DNA of 63,744 nucleotides, the filler included, from Reticulomyxa filosa (Eukaryota; Protista; Foraminifera): assembly GCA_000512085.1 (NCBI GenBank). It is 19 parts of 19 records of this genome, joined end to end, with 100 filler letters (N's around TTAATTAATTAA, not from the genome) between each part and the next. Parts side by side here need not be neighbours in the genome. Positions count along the whole stretch, not along the records: positions 27,219 to 28,245 come from ASPP01017745.1; positions 28,346 to 31,565 come from ASPP01037053.1; positions 31,666 to 35,290 come from ASPP01024089.1; positions 35,391 to 36,726 come from ASPP01036905.1; positions 36,827 to 39,581 come from ASPP01022707.1; positions 39,682 to 41,450 come from ASPP01016479.1; 13 more parts are not named here. One strand, given 5' to 3'. Made by a program: the position numbers and the translations under genes. The first letter of the stretch is position 1. Each line of letters starts with the position of its first letter. Shown here piece by piece: positions 27,119 through 39,885 of the stretch. The notes below the pieces were generated by a model. It saw only the letters and a program-made list of their open reading frames with translations. It was not told the origin of the DNA and did no database searches.

Positions 27119-27299
27119 NNNNNNNNNNNNNNNNNNNNNNNNNNNNNNNNNNNNNNNNNNNNTTAATTAATTAANNNNNNNNNNNNNNNNNNNNNNNNNN
27201 NNNNNNNNNNNNNNNNNNTTTTTTTTTTTTAAGGTGATTATTGCAACTGTATGTGATGCATGTATTTGGTCCAAAAAAAAAAAAAAAACACGTAGGCAT

Positions 27300-27522
27300 T
27301 GACAAACAGACGTGTGATGTAAGATGGATAGTTGCGTCTCTGTTGTCTACCCTGGCAATGTTGCATGAGAAAGGCATTGCTCATCGCGATATTAAGCCAG
27401 AAAATCTTGTATTTTTTGGCAATGGAAAAAAAGAACAAAAAAAAAAAAAGAAGAAGAAGAAGGAGGGAATGATAATAACAACAATGATGATGATAATAAT
27501 AACAACAACAACAATAATGATA

Positions 27523-27554
<32 letters not shown>

Positions 27555-28201
27555 AAGAAAGAAGAAGAAGAAGAAAAAAAATAGAGGGAATCAAGGCAAT
27601 AAAATGTGATCAAAGTAGTGGGGCAATAAAGCTAATCGATTTTGGACATGCGCTATGCCTGAGTGCCGAAGACGTGCGCAACGACATTGTGGGCACACTC
27701 AACTATATGTCTCCCGAAAAGCACAGGTCTCGTTTGGGGTGGCAAGAATGGAGTGGTGACGTTTGGAGTGTCGGCATAATTGCGTGTGAGTTGTTGTCAG
27801 AAGATCAAACGTCGTTCTGCTTTGACTCCAGTGATTTCCACGAAGCGCTTGCTTATCAATTTCAAAAGATCAAACATGTCACCGACAACAATGCACTGAC
27901 CATTACCTTTTCTACATCTACGTCTACGTCTACGTCTACCTGTGTCATTTCTGTCGCCGAATGCCGTGCATTTCAACACTTGATTACTCATCTGCTTGCT
28001 GTCAATCCCGAGCTGCGTCCCACTGCATCGTACGCTCTACGTCATCCTTATTTCACCACCACTGTTTGTCATGATAGCCAGTATAATGTACAAGTCTTGC
28101 AACACGAATTGCATTTGTGGGAAACACAAATCCACACGTATGTCCCTCCTCCTTCGTCTTCTCATCCGAATTCGCACTCTTTTTCACATCATGTGGATTG
28201 A
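27300..28201 (+). CDS. Ser/Thr protein kinase C-lobe (CAMK-like) with a low-complexity insert; A-run frameshifts; 5' truncated
   Basis: LHEKGIAHRDIKPENLVF, AIKLIDFGHA (about 27625-27652), VGTLNYMSPE, DVWSVGII and LLAVNPELRPTASYALRHPYF. Confidence 0.88.
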
Positions 28202-28210
28202 TCCCTCACA

Positions 28211-28245
<35 letters not shown>

Positions 28246-28345
28246 NNNNNNNNNNNNNNNNNNNNNNNNNNNNNNNNNNNNNNNNNNNNTTAATTAATTA
28301 ANNNNNNNNNNNNNNNNNNNNNNNNNNNNNNNNNNNNNNNNNNNN

Positions 28346-28636
28346 GCAGCCAGCACAAAGTGCTAGCTATTTGCGAGAAAATGTACTGAATAGTGGTGAG
28401 GCGCTCATATCTGTGTTTCTGATCGTCGGGCCAGAATTTATCAGCAACAATTCTGTTTTTATGGATGTGAATTTGAAATTCCAAGAGACTGCTGACGTTA
28501 GGATATAAGACCTTGGTCAAATATTGGAACAAGTTCATTGGCCTATAGGTACGCCACGACTTCGGAGGGCATATATACTCCATTGCCAAATAGTACCCAT
28601 TATCACTTTCCCAATGTGTCAAATATCTGCAAATAC

Positions 28637-28669
<33 letters not shown>

Positions 28670-29384
28670 CATTTGAAATTGCTTTGATTTTATTATATAT
28701 GTGTACATATATATACATATATACATATGTATGTATATGTATATACGTATACATATATGTGCATATATATATATATGTATATATATGCATATGTACGTAG
28801 CATAAGTCGACAAAAAAAAAAAAAAAAATCACAGACATACCAAAAGGACAGTCTGGCATTTGACTAAGCTTTTTCAGAATTTGTGTTTCTCGGAAAAAGT
28901 TCTCCGGAACTGACTGTCCATCAATCGCCTGACCTGTGTCTACTAACACTCGAAAAGACATCTTCACGCAAGAATAGTTAGACAAACTCTCTTTCTCGTG
29001 CTTGTCTTTCGAGTGCTTTTGCTTCCGCTTTGCTGCTATTGCTTTGCACGTAAAGCCTTGCAATGTCCTTGCGATGAATGACTTCCTCTCGTTCTCTATC
29101 GCAAATTTGATGCTCTGAAAATCATTCAATATTGTCCAATTCCGCTTCTTTAAATTGTCCTGAAAAAGCTTTTCTGCAAATGTTAAATTTGTACGTTTTG
29201 GTGGTACTACTTCCCATACGGGCTCGTCTTTTGTCTTCTGCTGCTCCTTCTTTGTGCTTTGTTCAAAAAGGAAATGCAAAGAGGGGAGAGAGAGAGAGAG
29301 GAATAAACACACATATTTCTTTCAGCTCTATTCTAAAATCCCTTCATTACAATTCAAAAGTTACCTTACTGGCTCTGCTGGCAT
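28346..29384 (-). CDS. Protein kinase N-lobe (3' truncated just before HRD; introns about 29258-29364 and 28637-28840)
   Basis: IARTLQGFTCKA, CVKMS (beta-3 Lys), ENFFRETQILKKL (alpha-C Glu), YYLAMEY hinge, LFQYL and IQYIFSQIASTLCWL (alpha-E). Confidence 0.75.
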
Positions 29385-32300
29385 TGATAATTTCTCAAGG
29401 GTTTTTTCATTTCCAACTTCCTTTTGCTTTTTTTAAGGTCAACTTAAAAACGTTCTGCAGGGACAATTATAACTCACATTTTATGTCAAAACTAAAAAAT
29501 CTGATTTATAGGATCTATGAAAACGAAATCAGATAACGCTTTTTTTGTTAAAAACAAAATAAAATAAAAGCGTTTCTCAAAAAGGGTCCAGTTCCAGATT
29601 TATTTTTTTTTTATCTGGCATCGTTTATCTCTTTGTTATTTTCAAAGCTTATGAAACTACTTTTTTAAGTCCAGATTGCCAGAGAAACCGCATACACAAA
29701 AGTACTTGAAAAGTGTTAAAAGAAATTATCTTAATGTTTTCTTCTACGTACAAAAAAATTTAGAAAGATCTTTTTTTGCTTGTTTATAATTTAATCGTAT
29801 GTATACCAGCAATTACTGAAACAAAAGGGAAATTGTTGTTCAATCAATTTATTGTCAACACATTCAAGTTGATTACTTGAATTAATAATATTATCAATAT
29901 ATCAAATAAAAAAACAGAATATAAAAAAAGATAGTGATTTCTTTTTTCTTCACAAACAACAGAAAATTTTAATTTTTAATCCCAAACAAAGCATTAACAT
30001 CAAAATCCAAAAACTAAAAGAATTATCACCTTAATAGCCATCCACTATTAACATATTTATTTACAAAAATTCAACACATTTGTAATAATAATATACATCT
30101 ATCTTTATTGTTGAAGTATGTTACTTTCATAAACCAATATTAAATCAGCTATCATTGAATCGATATTTATGACGAGTAGAAGTAACAAAAAAATGTAAAT
30201 AAATAATTTCAATTGTGGGCTTAACATAAATTGGAAATATACACGCATACATTTACAAAAAATTGCAAATTTTAACGTAAACTTGAAAAATTTCAACGTT
30301 AACATATCAAATTTCTTCAAATATGACATAATTAAAATAAAAGGACTGTTAGTTAAATGACAACTGATAGTTTTTTATAAACAAGAAATAGCCTAACTCC
30401 AAAAAGATAATCGTCAAATTGTTAATGTTCAGCTACTTATAGTGTCATTTTAACTAGTTTTTTTTGGATCTACGAGTTATATGTTTTTCTTTAAAAATGT
30501 GTAGAAAGGAAAATAGAAAATTTTTTAAAAATATTCTTTTTTTATAATTACTGTATTATTGTATTTTGGTATTCGTTACAAAGTGGATAGTAATGAATCT
30601 TTTGCTGTCGGTACAACTTATCATTCGCATGAAACTTATGTTGTTTCTTATTCATTTATGTTTTTATATTCATTTTCATTTTTCATGTAATGCATTGATT
30701 GATGTAATTTTGTTTCATCAATCAATTTTCTCGTTTTGAAACTTGTACAACTTTTTTGAATATGTAGATTTTATTTTCATTGATACTGGACACAATTTTT
30801 GGATAATTTCCTATAACAAATTTAAGCTGTAATTTTGCTTTTTCAGATGCGATGATCTCCTATAACAATAAATGAATGTTGAATCTATTTTCATTTTCAA
30901 AAAGTATGCGCTTTAAATCATAAATTGATTGTGATCTTTGTGCGCATTCAACTCATGCTACATAACAATTACTTCGTCAACTGCGCCAGTATATTCAACG
31001 CAAATGACATTCACAACAATCTTGAGTTGTGCTTATGACTTTATGTTCAGATAGTTATGCTATATTGAAACGAGTATTTCTTCAAAATGATTTAGTGGAT
31101 ATACCGCTTCTAAGACCAATACATTATTTGAGTGCTGCTGTCGCCAAAAAGTCATACACTTCTGCATTGTATTTACATGCTGCTTCCAGACATCTTTCAA
31201 TTATTTGTGGATCGTGTGGTTACAGTGTATCGTCGTTAGAACTGATGTCGGAAGTCCTCTTTACATAAATTGCAATACTATCATTTGTACTTTCACATAT
31301 TGAATCGTTACTAGGTTGGTCGTAACTTCAAATGACTGTTGCATTGCAATATGTCGACTGCCACTTGTGGGTCGTCCAAATAAATGTATGGAATTTTATA
31401 TGCTAATGACAACACTATAAATATAGCTTTTTTTCACTAGCTATAAATTTGACAACAACTTCACATACGGCAAAAACAAATTCACAAGTCAACAAGTTAA
31501 AATACTCTCAACTAGAATATTATGTGGATAATCCTATCCAAATTGTAGTAATAATGACTTTCTTTNNNNNNNNNNNNNNNNNNNNNNNNNNNNNNNNNNN
31601 NNNNNNNNNTTAATTAATTAANNNNNNNNNNNNNNNNNNNNNNNNNNNNNNNNNNNNNNNNNNNNTTTTAATTGTAACAGAACAGAAAAACAAATTTTTC
31701 AGAGCTTTTATGTTTTGATTCGACTTATCTTTATACAAACACAATTTTGAAATTTTATGATCATTCGTTTTTAGTGTCGAAAACAAAATTAATTTCCAAT
31801 TTTTTTTCTCAGAGGAATTAGAAAACAAATTAGCTAATCAAACAATTCTTTCTCCCAAATTGAAAAAAATTGTATTTGTGGGTAAATAAAATTTGTGTTG
31901 TAAATATTGTAATTTTGAATAAATATTCAATGGAAACTGAATGTTGCCAATACAGTTTAAAAAAATTGCCCTTTTTCGAACTTTTTGAAAACTGTAGTTT
32001 TCGTCAATGTAAAGAGGCCGAAAATCATACTATTAGATAGGTTTTGTTACAGAAGGTTGAGAGAGTGAGTCGCTGGCGTTTTCTTCTTCAAAAAGACAAA
32101 AGTAATTCTGGAAAAAAACAATTTCAAAAAGCAGCGCCAATCATATAACAAATTAAATGAAATTCCTTTTTAATAGGCATATGTACAATATAATAAGTAT
32201 GCAAAATAAATCAAAGAGAACTCCAGTTTTTGCTAAAGATAATTATCAAAAAACAAGATGCACGTAATGTTCTGCTTTGCTGAAATCTTTAACAATAATT

Positions 32301-32869
32301 AACCAAATTGGGATATAACACAAACTTTAATACTTTCCACCAAACTAATATGGGTGTTATATCGATTTGCATACATGCTGTATGTGACATTAGGATAACA
32401 ATCTAATAGTTTTGGTGAAATGTAATTGTTGTTAACTCCTAGAAATTTGTTGTAAAATGTCATATTCACCATTTTGTTTCTATGGACATTGATACACTTT
32501 GCTTCTCCGATATGTACACGCTTCTTGTATCGATACGTCGTCCCTTTTCGTGATGTCCATTTTTGCTTGTCGTATTGTTTAAATTAATCCATATGTTTGT
32601 AATACTATTGGTTCATATTTTTGCATCTATTCTTCTCCTTTTCTCTTGATCTTCTTCTTTATCTTTCTTTCACTTCAAACCTAAAGTAAAATGACGCACC
32701 CCAGACTAACATTGCTTTGTTAAAGGCATATTACAACAACTGAAAATGTGATAAAAAGGACATATACATATATATACATATATATAATGACCTTCAAATG
32801 GAACTTCTACACTTCGCGTTTGATTGATTTTTGTTGTTTGGATTTTCTTGCCATTTTCATGCTTTTTTT

Positions 32870-35290
32870 TTTTCCATTGTTCTGACGCTTTGCTATGTTT
32901 AAATTGCTATAATCGGCTCATTATCTGTTTCAAATTTGAATAATGGCAGAATTGCATACCCACAGGAACGTCTTCCGTGGAATATGTATCCATTTGAATA
33001 TTTTCTCCATTACATACCATCATTGCCAAAGATACATTTAAATTTAGACTAATCACGCAAAAGCGCCTAATCAACGACAAAGAATTGATTGAACAATTCG
33101 ACCATTACCGACAAGGCCGGATGACATGTTGTTCCTAGCCATGCGCACTCTTATCGCACAATTGTTTGTATCGACATTTTGCTGGTGAGGGCAGCCCTAG
33201 CATCATCCAACATGGACCTAGAGCGAGGTCTTGGATTCAGTTCGTTGTTGCTGCTTCATTGGGTCTGTTTTTTCTTCGTCGTTTTTATACTTATCATTGT
33301 TGTTATCGTTGACATTGGTATCCGTGTTGGCATTATCATTGTCACTATTTTCGTGTTTGTCTTTGTCCTAATCTTTATTTTTGTTTTATTTTTACTTTTT
33401 ACGTTTATTTCTATTTTTATGTTATTTTTTTGTTTTTGCTTTGCTATTGTCGTTGAGAACAGAGTCTTCAGACAATCCAATGGAAAGACGAGTCGATTTG
33501 ATATCACTCCAATCATTGAACTCTTCCACATGATATCTTTCGTCCTCGTGGGTCAGCGGATCGACTTGGACAACAGTTTGGCCTCTTTGGGTATTACTCG
33601 GTAAAGTTTCTTGAATTGTATGGATTGATTTGCGGATCTACCACAAAGCAATCCAATTTTGAACTGTAATTGTGATATACCAAGAGAAAGCCGGGTTGGA
33701 TAACGATAGTTGCTCTGCGTTCTATCAATGGATATGAATTAACATTGTCTCCTTTATCTTCGTGACACTGTTGCATTTATGATCGTCGATATGGTTGTGA
33801 CTTGCTCTCCTCAGACGTCAATTCATCAATTTGTTGGGACGATTCCAAGAGTGCTGAACCTAATCACGATTCATTTGTTTGTCGTCACATTGTCAAATTA
33901 TATTTAAATTGTTTTCCGACTACGAAATCAACGAATTGGAAGCCGTGATAAGTTGAGTGGTCACAAGACGATTTGGAGAGGAAGCAATTTGAGCAGCGGA
34001 AATAATGAAAAGTGCTATTGTCGGAGATACTTTCAGAACTCAAGTGCCTGCAAACACCAGACGTGGCTGAGGATAAGACGTTCGATACTTTAATTACATC
34101 ATTCAAATCTTGTGGACTCAGTGCTTGTACAGCGACCAAGACAACGAAATATGAAAAATTAACAATCAAATTATATTATTTGTGGGTACAACAGTGGAGA
34201 GTGGAAGTATACGTGTTATGTTTGACGCTTCTTTGGCTTGTATCTTTCACTTGAATTGACATAATGTACACGCTTGGCTTTTCCGTATGTATAAACAATA
34301 ATCGCTATAACTTACGTTGTAATAGACAAACTAGTTGATATAAAATTTTATAAGCTCTGTTGTGATTGTACAGCCCGCCGTTTATTTGGAATTGAATTGG
34401 TTTTTGACATTTTGGAAGTAACGTTCAATTTGTAAACATGTCTGGAGGATTCAACAATTGAGACCCATGTTACAAATATTGAGCGTGTATTGGTTTGATT
34501 GAGTTGAAGACAAAAGTATCAAAACTTTGTAATACGTATTTTCGAGCGTCTTTAATCAATGAATTAATATTTGGACCAATTGAGCAGCAGTTGGATTGGA
34601 CGCATGGCAGCAAAAATGGCGGCATTGTTGGCTGAGACTCAGTAGTCTCTTCAATTCGCAATAGCTTCGTCTTTGTTACCAGTTGCGTCAGTTTAATAGT
34701 GGGTAACCGTAAATATCAATTGCTGGTACCATCGTATTTGCCATTAAAAACAATTAATGCACTTTCATTTTCCATCCAAAAAAAAAAATCCGTATGCAAG
34801 GTAATTCGTGCAGTTCAAAAGACATGTTGGATTGGCACACCAAAACTGCTATGTCGCGAGTATAATATCCATAGCACATTGGGGGCTCACAATATATATC
34901 ATACTCACAAGTGTATTGCAACGATTAAATTGTTGGATATCTTGTCGAAACATGGACGGAGGTACTGTTGAATTGATAGATTTCACACTGGTATCAAAAT
35001 TATGATCATTGTCAATGACAATCTTCATGATGCAAAAAGTTTGTACTTGACATGGTTGGAGACAATAGCACAATAGATTGCATGATACCACCAGGTCTTG
35101 AAATTCACGTACGATTTGAGATTGAGTAGAATTGTGCGTCGGACACAGCGCCTGCGTCTTTACTTTAACAGGTTCCGTTTCTATAATGTTGTGGGCATGC
35201 TTTTTATATGTTATTTTTTTTAAACAAATAAAGATAAAAAAGGACATATCCTTAACTAATGTTGTTATCCGCAGGGACAGCAATAACTTT
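32870..35290 (-). pseudogene. Long degraded gene of unknown family with an Asn/Asp/Lys-rich tract
   Basis: Consecutive protein-like ORF pieces (34849-35283, 34470-34661, 33885-34169, 33594-33776) are separated by stops and frameshifts. Low-complexity tract at 33260-33450. Confidence 0.35.
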
Positions 35291-35390
35291 NNNNNNNNNN
35301 NNNNNNNNNNNNNNNNNNNNNNNNNNNNNNNNNNTTAATTAATTAANNNNNNNNNNNNNNNNNNNNNNNNNNNNNNNNNNNNNNNNNNNN

Positions 35391-36726
35391 TTATCTTTCA
35401 TATTGACCAATTCAAGCTTTACATTTTCATTTCTAATTTTTTGAAAGTCTTTCCATTTCAAGCAATAATAACTTTGACGAAGAAGTTCTTCAAATGTCAG
35501 CTCTTTCATTTTTATCAATGTTTTTCTTTCATCCACTTTCACATACGCTGTCAACTATTTTGTATTTTGTTATTGTAACTCAGATGAAAAAAAAACAAGA
35601 ATAAAATAATACGCAATTTATTAACTTCCTTCTCTTCTTTGCAATCGTGATTAATCGTAATTAAGTCAAGGTAAACTTCAATTGAAAAACAAATAGAGTC
35701 AATATCATATTTTGTGATTCCATTTTTCCATTTGTGTTTATTCAATAACCATACTCCAAATTGTTCATTTGACAATGTTTTGAATTTTTCAATTATCTTT
35801 GTTTTATCCATTTGTTCTCTTTCATTCCACCACTTGATCAATTTGTGATCTTCCTGGATTTTTGTGGATTTTGGATATACACCAAATGCAAACAAAAAAA
35901 AAACAACATATTTCAACATTTACATTCTTCCTTTTTGTCACACCATTATTTATTTTCAGATTTCTATTTAAAAAAAAAAAAGGGGCTTTTCACACAGCCC
36001 TCTTTGTATCAAAATAAGAAAAACAAAAAACACCATATCACTACAACTGACATTCAATACTTAACTTTTACATCTTTTTTTGTTGCTACTGCCGTTTCAT
36101 TGCTACTATCTTTTTCTCCTTCTTTCTCTCCATATTCCTCTTCCTCCTCTTCCTCATCTCCCTCATTTTCTAATTTGAAATCAATTACTTTTTTCATCTC
36201 TTCTTCACTCAGCCATTCACTCACTTTAGTTTTCATGTGTGTTGACATAGGCGTATTATTTCCATTTTCTCCTCCAATAATGTGCACATACGTGTTGTCT
36301 TCACTCAATATTGCAACGCAATCTCTCAAAGGACTGGGTAAAGAGTTTTTAAATTTCATCCATTTGATTTCTCGAATTGAATACTTGTGCACTGATTTTG
36401 AAATAGTTGGATAATTTGATCCACCAAAGAATAAGATGGTATCATTGACATGCACATATGCATACTGATAGAATGGTGCAATATCATCACAAACAAATAG
36501 TTTCTGAAATTGAAAAGTATTGTTATCTTCATCATATTCAATTGATAATCCTGTACGATAGCAAAACAACAGCATTTCAAAATTTTGTTTAATTTTTTCT
36601 TGATTTATTTTCATCATTTCTTGTCCTTGTCCATTTTCTGACTTTGATACAAAGCAATGATACCATATAACATTACAGGTTTGTAAAATATCATGTTTAA
36701 TAAATTGAAATGTATTTAAATCAAAC
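35391..36726 (-). CDS. Internal fragment: Kelch-like repeats, acidic linker, helical segment and PB1-like module (multi-exon)
   Basis: YAYVHVNDTILFFGG, VHKYSIREIKWMKFKNSLPSPLRDCVAILSEDNTYVHIIGG, poly-Glu, then TAYVKVDERKTLIKMKELTFEELLRQ. Confidence 0.75.
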
Positions 36727-37579
36727 NNNNNNNNNNNNNNNNNNNNNNNNNNNNNNNNNNNNNNNNNNNNTTAATTAATTAANNNNNNNNNNNNNNNNNN
36801 NNNNNNNNNNNNNNNNNNNNNNNNNNAAAACTTTTTGAATGACCTTAGATTCAACTTGCTCCTTTAATTTATCTACTATCCTGAGGGCTATGCTTTGTTG
36901 CTCTTGCTGTCCGATATATGTGTGTTGCAAATTCCCTTCGAAAGTAAAAATACAGCGCTCAATCCTATCTAGTTATAACTTTTAACGTTGTGACTATGCG
37001 TTGAAGATCTTGTCGTAAGGTGTTTATGCTTTTGCGTAGAGAAGAGGAACGCTCTGTCAGGCTTGTTTTCATTCGATTGATGTACCAAAGATTCACTTTC
37101 AGAAGTGCTATTTGCTCATATGAGACCAAAATACTTGAGTTTTGTCCGAACATCCTATTGAACAAGCAAGTATAATTTTATTTTGCAGGTTTTGGCCCCT
37201 AAACAAGTTCCAAGAACAACTCTACGCTACACTTGTAACCGTATGTTTTCTCAAACCTAATTGTGCGACTTCTTTTCTAAAAAAAAATATGTGACACATA
37301 ACCAATTAACATGAGCTTAACAAAAAAAAAGTTATAAATGATGTCCTCAAGTTTAACTTTTAAAAGCCTTTTCATGGCAGTGTTAAGAAAATTCAATTGA
37401 AATAGTTTGTTTTTGAAGTATTTAAAACAGTAAAAGTAAGAAATTGTTGCGTCCCTTGATGGCAATGATTTGCGGTTTGTGAATATGAACCATATTGTAA
37501 ACCAAATAAGACCAAAAGAAGCAAGAGTAAGCAAAAAAAGAAAAAAAAAAAGAAAAATTTTAAAAAAGGAAGATCAGAT

Positions 37580-38764
37580 TCAGTCTGTTTTATCCTTGTT
37601 TGCATCAATGGTGATATCTGGCAAGGGCTGTGTGGATGAGATATGCTCTAAAAAGATTTGAGAACTTTGAAAAAGTAATCCAGAAAAGATGGCAAACCAA
37701 TGTAATAAACGCAGACATTGATAAGGCAAAGGAAAAACAAACAACTTATGCCACGCCATCACTTTGTGAAGGTCAAGTTTGAACTCAGCATATTCTAATT
37801 TGGATTCAACCAACTGTCTTTTGAAAGAGCTCCAAATGAAAGCCTGAATTTCATAGGAGACGACAGGGATAAGACTCATCACACAAACAACAATTCCAAT
37901 CTGTTGGTACTTTGCATGCCAAACACACAAAGCACTTCCGATCAGCACAAAAGAGACGCCCAGCAATATTTTGTAAACGAAGTTGAAATTTTCTTGAGAG
38001 GACATTAGATGTTTGGGCAGCCAATACAAGTAAGGGCGTTGAAATTCAACCCAAAATAAGTTGCAAATGCCATACACCTATATACGTATATAATTTTTTT
38101 TTTTTTTTTTTTTTTTAGGAATAAAGCATGTGCGAAAAAAAAAAAAGGGGGAAGAAACATGAATGTTCTGGAAAAGTTCGACAAAAAAAAAAAAATAATA
38201 ATAAACGAATGCAAATCCAAGGTATAAATATCTCCCCAAATAATTCATTTGTGGTAACATCGAATGGAATGTAATAGCGGAGGCTGTCCCGAGCAACAGA
38301 CACCAATGATACACTTGAAAGTTTGGGGCATTCACGTTGATCTGTGATGCGGCATATGTCATCTCTGGATACTCTTTCATCGAGTATAACTCGCTTAATA
38401 GCAACGAGTTATTTCGAATCTTCCCCTGCCATGACGGCAATAACACCTCATTGCTTGGTTGGTTGTCGCCTTTGCCCGAGACTGACTCACTCAGGTCAAT
38501 GCAGTTGTGCAATGTCAGTATGTAGAAAAATGTCATTGTCACCAAAAATCGGGTGATCTCTTTCGTCTCTACTTTCACAGACAAATGCAAAATCCCATAC
38601 ACTGCTTTTGAAATAGCGAAAACGGGCAAAAACAATTTCCCTATACTTACGAACGGAGGCAAGCGACGAAATTCATCTTCTATAAACAAGGGCGAAAGAA
38701 ATAAATATGCTCCAAATAATCCCTTTGAAACGCCTTTTAATAGCTCGAAAAATATGGTATCCAT
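37580..38764 (-). CDS. Uncharacterised multi-pass membrane protein (2 exons; intron 38078-38206)
   Basis: Several hydrophobic helices. The splice GFAF|VYGICNLFW is in frame across a GTTTAT...TATAG intron. Confidence 0.7.
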
Positions 38765-39053
38765 AATACAAAGAGTTTTTTATTATTGCATGTTCAGTAC
38801 CTGTTTTCCTTTTTTCCCCAAAAAAACCGACTCCAAAAAAAATTATTGTACATAAAAGAAATGTTACGACCTTTTTTGACGCAGTAACGACTTTAAAACT
38901 TCAAAAAATATTTTTACTTTTTCTAAACAATTTTTTAAAAAACGGAGTGAAAAAAACTAGACCTCAGGAAGAAAACAATGCAATGTTGGAAAGAGAAGGC
39001 AAACAAATGTGGAGATTGATTATATGAAGAAAAGGAAAAGTAACAAGTCCAAA

Positions 39054-39581
39054 CTAATTGTCAGCAATTTTAAATTCATTAATACAGTTGTTCTGATCAG
39101 GAGCAGCTTTAATGAGATTGCGAACTCTTTCGTTGAAGTTGAGTTGGAATTGAAAAGCGAACGGAAATTGGGATAGTCTGTCGTCAAGAGGGAATCTGAC
39201 GCCGTAAAAGCAATCGTTGATATCAAACTTGAAATGGCACTTTGTCGTCGTGTCACGTGTTTTAAGTGCGTTCTGATATTGTTGATCAAATATCAGTTGC
39301 AGTTCCCCCGTTATTGGTATCCATTGTGCGAACTTTTCTTCAAAATAATACCATTTCGGTTCGCTTTTCGATTTGGTTTCAATGTGCGATATTGTATTGA
39401 TATTTGTATTGGTATTTGTATTTGTATTTATATTTGCATTTGCACTTTTGTTTTCGTCTTCATCTTTATTTTCATTTACGTTTTCATTTTCATTTTCATT
39501 TTCACTTTTTTTTGCTTTTGTCTTTGATTTGGATTTGGATTTAGATTTAGATTTGGATTTAGATTTAGATTTAGATTTAGA
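39054..39581 (-). CDS. 3' fragment: (SK)n and N/E/T low-complexity region followed by a C-terminal WWE-like domain
   Basis: Open frame without ATG, absent from the ORF track: ...SEPKWYYFEEKFAQWIPITGELQLIFDQQYQNALKTRDTTTKCHFKFDINDCFYGVRF...FQFQLNFNERVRNLIKA...DN*. Confidence 0.6.
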   Translation of the reverse strand, partial: SKSKSKSKSKSKSKSKSKSKTKAKKSENENENENVNENKDEDENKSANANINTNTNTNTNINTISHIETKSKSEPKWYYFEEKFAQWIPITGELQLIFDQQYQNALKTRDTTTKCHFKFDINDCFYGVRFPLDDRLSQFPFAFQFQLNFNERVRNLIKAAPDQNNCINEFKIADN

Positions 39582-39699
39582 NNNNNNNNNNNNNNNNNNN
39601 NNNNNNNNNNNNNNNNNNNNNNNNNTTAATTAATTAANNNNNNNNNNNNNNNNNNNNNNNNNNNNNNNNNNNNNNNNNNNNAATTTTAAAAAATCATTT

Positions 39700-39885
39700 G
39701 AAAGAATGTTGATTTCATCCAACAAAAAAAAAGTTATTAAAAAATCAATATCATATTTAAAAACTACAAGACTTGTAGATATTTTTTTTAAAAAAATTAG
39801 GTCTGAATGTTGATTTTTCATTGATAAAATCAATTATCATCATAAGATATGTTTTAGGCGTTCAGTTTTCTTTGCAACATAATGT
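39700..39885 (-). repeat. Dispersed AT-rich repeat, copy C
   Basis: Near-identical to copy B. Contains the palindrome CTACAAG-A-CTTGTAG. Confidence 0.85.

Noticed and set aside
28690-28800. (AT/AC)-rich microsatellite read as coding (HMHIYTYIYI)
   Set aside because: It lies inside a GT..AG intron of the kinase gene.
27219-29384. The two kinase halves as one split gene
   Set aside because: Both contain a different alpha-E helix (LLSTLAMLH versus IASTLCWL), so they are separate genes.
30550-31565. Possible coding or transposon remnant
   Set aside because: No recognisable motif in the frames I read.
130-35290. Alternative genetic code explaining in-frame stops
   Set aside because: All three stop types occur together with frameshifts in decayed regions, while intact genes read through cleanly and end at TAA, TAG or TGA.
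39526-39581. GATTT(A/G) hexamer repeat as a telomere
   Set aside because: It is in frame as (SK)n in the minus-strand ORF and grades into other coding low-complexity sequence.
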